Assembly: GCA_021613535.1 (NCBI GenBank)
Contig: CP075494.1
Location: forward strand, 11,408,001-11,472,000
DNA length: 64,000 nucleotides
Source: Adineta vaga
Lineage: Eukaryota; Animalia; Rotifera
Direction of reading: 5' to 3'
The position numbers were made by a program, and so were the translations under genes. Below, piece after piece: positions 58,828-64,000 of the stretch; positions within the stretch are counted from its first letter, which is position 1, and every line of letters begins with the position of its first letter. The notes below the pieces were generated by a model. It saw only the letters and a list, made by a program, of their open reading frames with translations. It had not been told where the DNA came from and searched no databases.

Positions 58828-60015
58828 TTAATATTTGTTCAAATTATGTCGAGAATTAGTATCTCCTTGACTATCTATTGTTAGTGATGATGTTCGTGTT
58901 CGTACGGATGGTCGTAGTTCTTTATGTTTGTTTAGTTTTCGTTGTTGATAATAAGAACAATAACAACAAATTGAACGATAAAGAAACGTTTGTTGAAATT
59001 CTTTCCAATAGATCTTATTCGGATAAACATATAGAATAAATGCTAATGTTTGTGGAACATAAAGTAGAAGTACGAATGCAATATGAAGACGTAGTTTAAA
59101 TTTATCCGAATAGGGTATACATGTTTGAAGTAGATGTCCTAAAATACCATGTGGAAGTATACAGAGTATCAAACATACAGGCGGAATGAAGAAATCTTTA
59201 TGAATAAATAATTGTCGAAACCAAACCTGATAAAGTTTATCTTCCGTACTACGAATAAAGATTTTTCGACGTGCAATTGTTGTTAATACACATACTGAAC
59301 AAATTAAATGTACTACACATGGTATAATAACATGAGCATATGAAAAAATGATATCCAAACTACGCCAAACTGGATATCCATCAAAATCGTACGTACAAAC
59401 TGGATTACCAAATGGATCACTGGTAATTTGACGAAGAAAAATATCATCTAAATTGGAGATACATGCATAAATAATAATACCAATCGATATGCATAATCCA
59501 CGTAAACGTGAACCATTAATACTAAAATTCCAACATTCGATAAAAACACGTTCGACAGCAATAGCTGCTGTACATAAAATACTTCCATCCATCATAATCA
59601 ATGCCACAAATGGAATAGCATGACAAGCTAACAATCGATATGTATCATTATCATATCGAATAATAACCATTATATATGAAAGAATCGATACCATTAATGC
59701 AATACTAAGTAATGAAAAGATAATTAAATAAACTCCCCATACAGTCATTCGAATTCGTTCACGTACAAATGTTGTCAATGCAAGAATATTATTGATCAAT
59801 CCTGAAAAGGCTAATAAAACAAAAATAACAATATAAGCATCTCGTGTTGATCGATAATCTTGAATAATTGCTCCAGCTAATGGTAAACGTGCAGCATTGT
59901 AATTGATTTCACAGAAATTACCCACAAAACAAGTACTTGTACATATACAAGTTTCATTTATACTGCATAGTCCACCATGAAGACATTCAAAGGAGTTACT
60001 ATTATTCGAACACAT
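58828..60015 (-). CDS. Intronless class A-like GPCR with N-terminal EGF-like domain
   Basis: CLHGGLCSINETCICTSTCFVGNFCE EGF motif followed by 7 TM segments, AIAVERV (E/DRY-like). Confidence 0.85.
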   Translation of the reverse strand: MCSNNSNSFECLHGGLCSINETCICTSTCFVGNFCEINYNAARLPLAGAIIQDYRSTRDAYIVIFVLLAFSGLINNILALTTFVRERIRMTVWGVYLIIFSLLSIALMVSILSYIMVIIRYDNDTYRLLACHAIPFVALIMMDGSILCTAAIAVERVFIECWNFSINGSRLRGLCISIGIIIYACISNLDDIFLRQITSDPFGNPVCTYDFDGYPVWRSLDIIFSYAHVIIPCVVHLICSVCVLTTIARRKIFIRSTEDKLYQVWFRQLFIHKDFFIPPVCLILCILPHGILGHLLQTCIPYSDKFKLRLHIAFVLLLYVPQTLAFILYVYPNKIYWKEFQQTFLYRSICCYCSYYQQRKLNKHKELRPSVRTRTSSLTIDSQGDTNSRHNLNKY

Positions 60016-60558
60016 TAATATTTACATATCACAGTAAATACCTTACGTTTTATAATCAATATAAACGAAGTCGTTCTTCCACTCATTCTGTCAATATACA
60101 ATTTTGAAAAGAAGTATATGAATGTATACAATATTCGTCAATGAATGAAAATGTATGTTTTTTTTGAATAACAAAATCGAGTGTAAAAGAAATTTTCTAA
60201 TATATTGTCGAACAAAATTATAGATTTTCATATAAAAGTACTTTATGATTCATTTACCTGGTTGAAAAACAACGTAATATTCGAGATCAAACATGAAATT
60301 ATATATACAATTTGTATAATCTTTGTGCTCAAGTCATAATTGAAGAGGGCTGATCAATTAGATCCAAGTAATATTCACATAAATATGTTTGTTATGTTTT
60401 TCTCTTTTATTTCTGACATGATGAATTTGTTGTTATAATCAAAAGAAGAAGAAAAACGAAGTATAATATGGTTTTTTTTTTATGTAATTGAAGCTGCACA
60501 TATAGAGAAAAAGACCAAGAATAGAGAAGAAACCAAGACAAAGATCGGCATCAATAGT

Positions 60559-60586
60559 ACAACAACAACAACAACAACAACAACAA
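60559..60586. repeat. (CAA)n microsatellite in the probable CK1 3'UTR
   Basis: About 9 tandem CAA units. Confidence 0.8.
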
Positions 60587-61043
60587 CTAAGCATGAAGAA
60601 AAAAAAGTTATAGAACAAAAAAGTATAGAAATGGGTAGTTGAAAATTTCAAAGAAAAGACAAAACATATGCGAAAATATGATTGATGGAAGAAAATTGAT
60701 GCTGATTGTCGAAACAATCTATTTTTAAACTGGATAGAAAGAAAAAGAAAAAAAACGAAGAAATGCAATCGACCATATATGCACACACACACACACACGC
60801 ACACTCACACTGTTCACAGGCCGATGCTCTCATATAGAGAAAATTCATATATATTATCGAAAGATGAAGAAAACTGAATGGCTTTTGGTTTAGTGTATAT
60901 ATTTAAATAATTTTTTTTCAAGAAGATGAGTTAAAGAGACAGAAAGAAATAGAAACAGGCGCTGTACACTGATGAAAAAGATACAGAGACAAAAAAAAGA
61001 AAACAAACAAACAAACAAACGAGAAACGTGCGCAAATACGACA

Positions 61044-64000
61044 CTATTTTTTACTAGCACGTACCGACGATGATCGACCAGCATCCGTTCCACTAGGCAG
61101 GTATTGTTTGGAATTATTTGACGTTGATTTTGGTGGTTGGACTTGATGCAAATCTTTCGGCGCTCGTCGATACACACCTACACAAAGAAAACATTTCATA
61201 AGAAAAAAAACCAAAATATTTTATATTGTTTCATGTTTAAAGCAATTCAAAAGAAAAGAAACAACACAAAGCAAAATGATTTGAAAGCATTGAAGAAGGC
61301 ATAAGGCGTGTGAAGAATATTGATATGTGCAAAACACTTTTGGATGAAGAAGAAACTCAATCACACATCAACAATGTCTACCTCTCTCACTCTCTCTGTC
61401 TTCTTTCTGTCATCTAATTATTTCATTTTGGATTTGCTTGATGGTAATTCATTCTCAGTAAGTTCTAAAGCAAAGAGAATAAATAGATAGATAGATTGTA
61501 CATCGATGCAAATATATCTTCTTGGCATTGAATAAGTTAATAGCAGCAATATATGTGAGAAATACAGAGAGAGAAAAAAAAACAATCATCAAGCAACAGC
61601 CATTCGATATTTTTTTGGTTATTTTCGTCTTAACATGCGGCTCACTGTGCATTAGACGACTAAAGACATTGGAAGTTGATGCTGTTTTATTGAATGAATC
61701 ACAATTTGTGGTCGTTTTTTTACTACTATAATTCTGCTGTGATGATGATCTGTGAAGTTTCTTTCGTTTATCCTGATTTTCATTGTTTATTTGACCATGT
61801 TCATCATTTATACTGAACGCTTGATCTTGAACAACTTGATCAGGTGTTATATCATGATTTTCTATTCTTAGTATTCAGTAGATTTTTTAAGACATACTCA
61901 AAAGGGAAAAACAAAGAGAGAACTATGTTCGATGCATAACTCACCTTGATTGTTTGTATTAGTATAGATTTGTTGTTGTGAATTACCACTAGCACCATAA
62001 CCATTGCTTTCAAATTTATTTCCTGCTTCATCATTAGCACTGTTCTGATCAAAACGTTGGCCATTCTAATTTAAACGAGAAAAAAAACATATATAAGATT
62101 ATTAATCTTTGAGTGAACCTTAATCATAAGATTCTCGTTTTCTTTTTTATGTATTCAAAACTAATTTGGAATCATTATCAAAAAAACAAACTCATTTTTT
62201 TCTTATTTTACCTCTGAACTAAACGGTTTTCCTTTTAGTCATTTAGTAAAAATATACTTTCGAAATTACGGCTGTCACAGTTTGTTAATGAGTCGTTGTC
62301 AAGGTATATGTTTTAGGCTATAGAAGACTATGACAAACAAAAAAGCTACACATTAGTACTAATTAATAAGATGAAGGATTCATTTAAGCATTTTGTCTTC
62401 GAAAGAAAAATGAATAAAAATAAACATACAAATTTGAGAAGATTCCAATCGAAGACATAATCATATGTAAAACCTTGTCGATGGAATAGATTACGAAATA
62501 GTTGCCGTAAATATCTAAATAAATTCAAAGTTGTTAGAAGTTTTCTATTGTCATTAATGGTTAAACATACGAATAATCTGGTTTGTCATCAAAACGTAAC
62601 GAACGACAATAGGATAAATATGTTGTAAATTCTATTTGAAATAGAGAATAATTAATTTAAATGATCTTATTCAAAAAAGTATTTCTTACCTGGAAAACCT
62701 TTACATAATTCTTCGATTGGTGTTGACATTTTCTTCTCACTAATTCGTTCATATTTTTGACGTTTTGTTGCTGCTTTCAAACCTTGCCACTATAATCAAA
62801 TAGATCATTTATTTTTTAAACAAAAATCTCTTTTTCAATTTTTACCGGAAGACTTCCACGATTAAAATACATGAGTACATAACCAAGGGATTCCATGTCA
62901 TCTCGGCGACTTTGTTCTAATAAAACAAAAACATGATCATTTCATTGGTGCAATCAATCATTCGAAAACAGTTCTATTTATAAGACATTGTGTAGGAAGA
63001 GTAACTGTATACTACCAGGTACAGAACAGAACGCGTAAACATAACAAAATCTGTTAACACTCTGTCTGTCATATCAAAAGTAATTTATCACAATTAAGAT
63101 ATTAGATTTTTGTTTCTTTTTTGTCATAATCTGTCCAGCTATAAATTCGTCTTAATCTTCGGAATCGAAAAAGAAAAGAACAAACCAATGCCAAGATGGG
63201 TATTGATTGAAGCATAACGTGCTGTGCCAGTTAAGTTTTTGTTTTCTCGGTATGGTATATGTTGATGTGTACGTGCATCTCGATATTTTTTAGCAAGGCC
63301 AAAATCAATAATATACACAAGATTGCCTTTGCGACCAAGGCCCATCAAAAAGTTGTCTAAAGAAAAGTATTTTCTTTTTATTCAATGATAAAATTGAATT
63401 ATCTACCTGGTTTAATATCTCGATGAATGAAATTTTTCGAATGAATAAAATCAATTCGACTGACCTATATTCAAAATATTAAGATTCATTTTTTTTTATA
63501 GAGAATAATACAATTCACTAGAGATTACTATCCAAATATAGAAGAACAAATTGACACTTAATGTAAGAAAAGAAAAGCATCGCTCACATTATTGTCATGC
63601 TAAATCATTTCTCGCTATTCATTACGACAACTACGTTGATGCAATTTAACTCGTCTCTAGTACAATATAAAAAGGGTTTTTTAACTTTCGAAAAGGAAAA
63701 AAATATGTGTTCGAAATATTTGTCTAATATACACACATCTATGTATGTCATCATAATACAAAATGCTGATAACATCGTGCATAGTTCATTTTAACGTGAC
63801 AATAAAAATTCAGTATGAAATATGATTCAAAAAATGAAAGAAAAGTTAAAGCAATTTCTTTTTTCCCCTCTCTATATCATACCATTTGGTCAGCAAGTAA
63901 AAGGACCGTTTTGAGTGAAAATTTCCTTGAGCAAAAATTAAATAGATCTTCTAATGATGGTCCAAGTAAATCCATAACCAGAACATTATAATCTCCTTCT
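61044..64000 (-). CDS. CSNK1D: Casein kinase 1 delta/epsilon, 5' part outside the window
   Basis: [17 protein letters not shown]|[92 protein letters not shown]; last exon 61177-61044. Confidence 0.95.

Noticed and set aside
60439-60848. Cys/Phe-rich ORFs with poly-Cys
   Set aside because: Derived from (CA)n, (CAA)n and poly-T tracts in the CK1 3'UTR

Overview
AT-rich eukaryotic (animal) genomic DNA with dense genes and mostly 50-60 bp GT-AG introns. Intronless 7TM receptors, expanded ADP-ribosyltransferase (ART) genes and a fungal-like membrane protein strongly suggest a bdelloid rotifer (inference). I can support 21 protein-coding genes, with exons assembled by eye: two rhodopsin-like GPCRs (one with an EGF domain), a tandem-macrodomain protein, a secreted Cys-rich protein, a kainate-type glutamate receptor, a Rap GTPase, an NR1-type nuclear receptor, a slicer-competent miRNA-class Argonaute, DRC3, extended synaptotagmin, ANKMY2, a TLC-domain protein, three ART-fold genes, a divergent RRM protein, a MYCBP-like protein, a UsgS-like membrane protein, casein kinase 1 (5' truncated) and three orphans. 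The most interesting part is 49.5-58.1 kb. There a catalytically intact ART-TPR gene sits head-to-head with an N-acylation-motif ART paralog that has lost the NAD-binding Arg and carries a Cys/His tail, and a second such pseudo-ART lies about 6 kb away from the first. The same region contains an operon-like gene junction of only 42 nt with an unpaired splice acceptor. Also notable are clustered miR-92-family seed sites in the putative Argonaute 3'UTR. No CRISPR array, rRNA, tRNA or recognisable transposon was seen. No database searches were run; family calls rest on recalled motifs.
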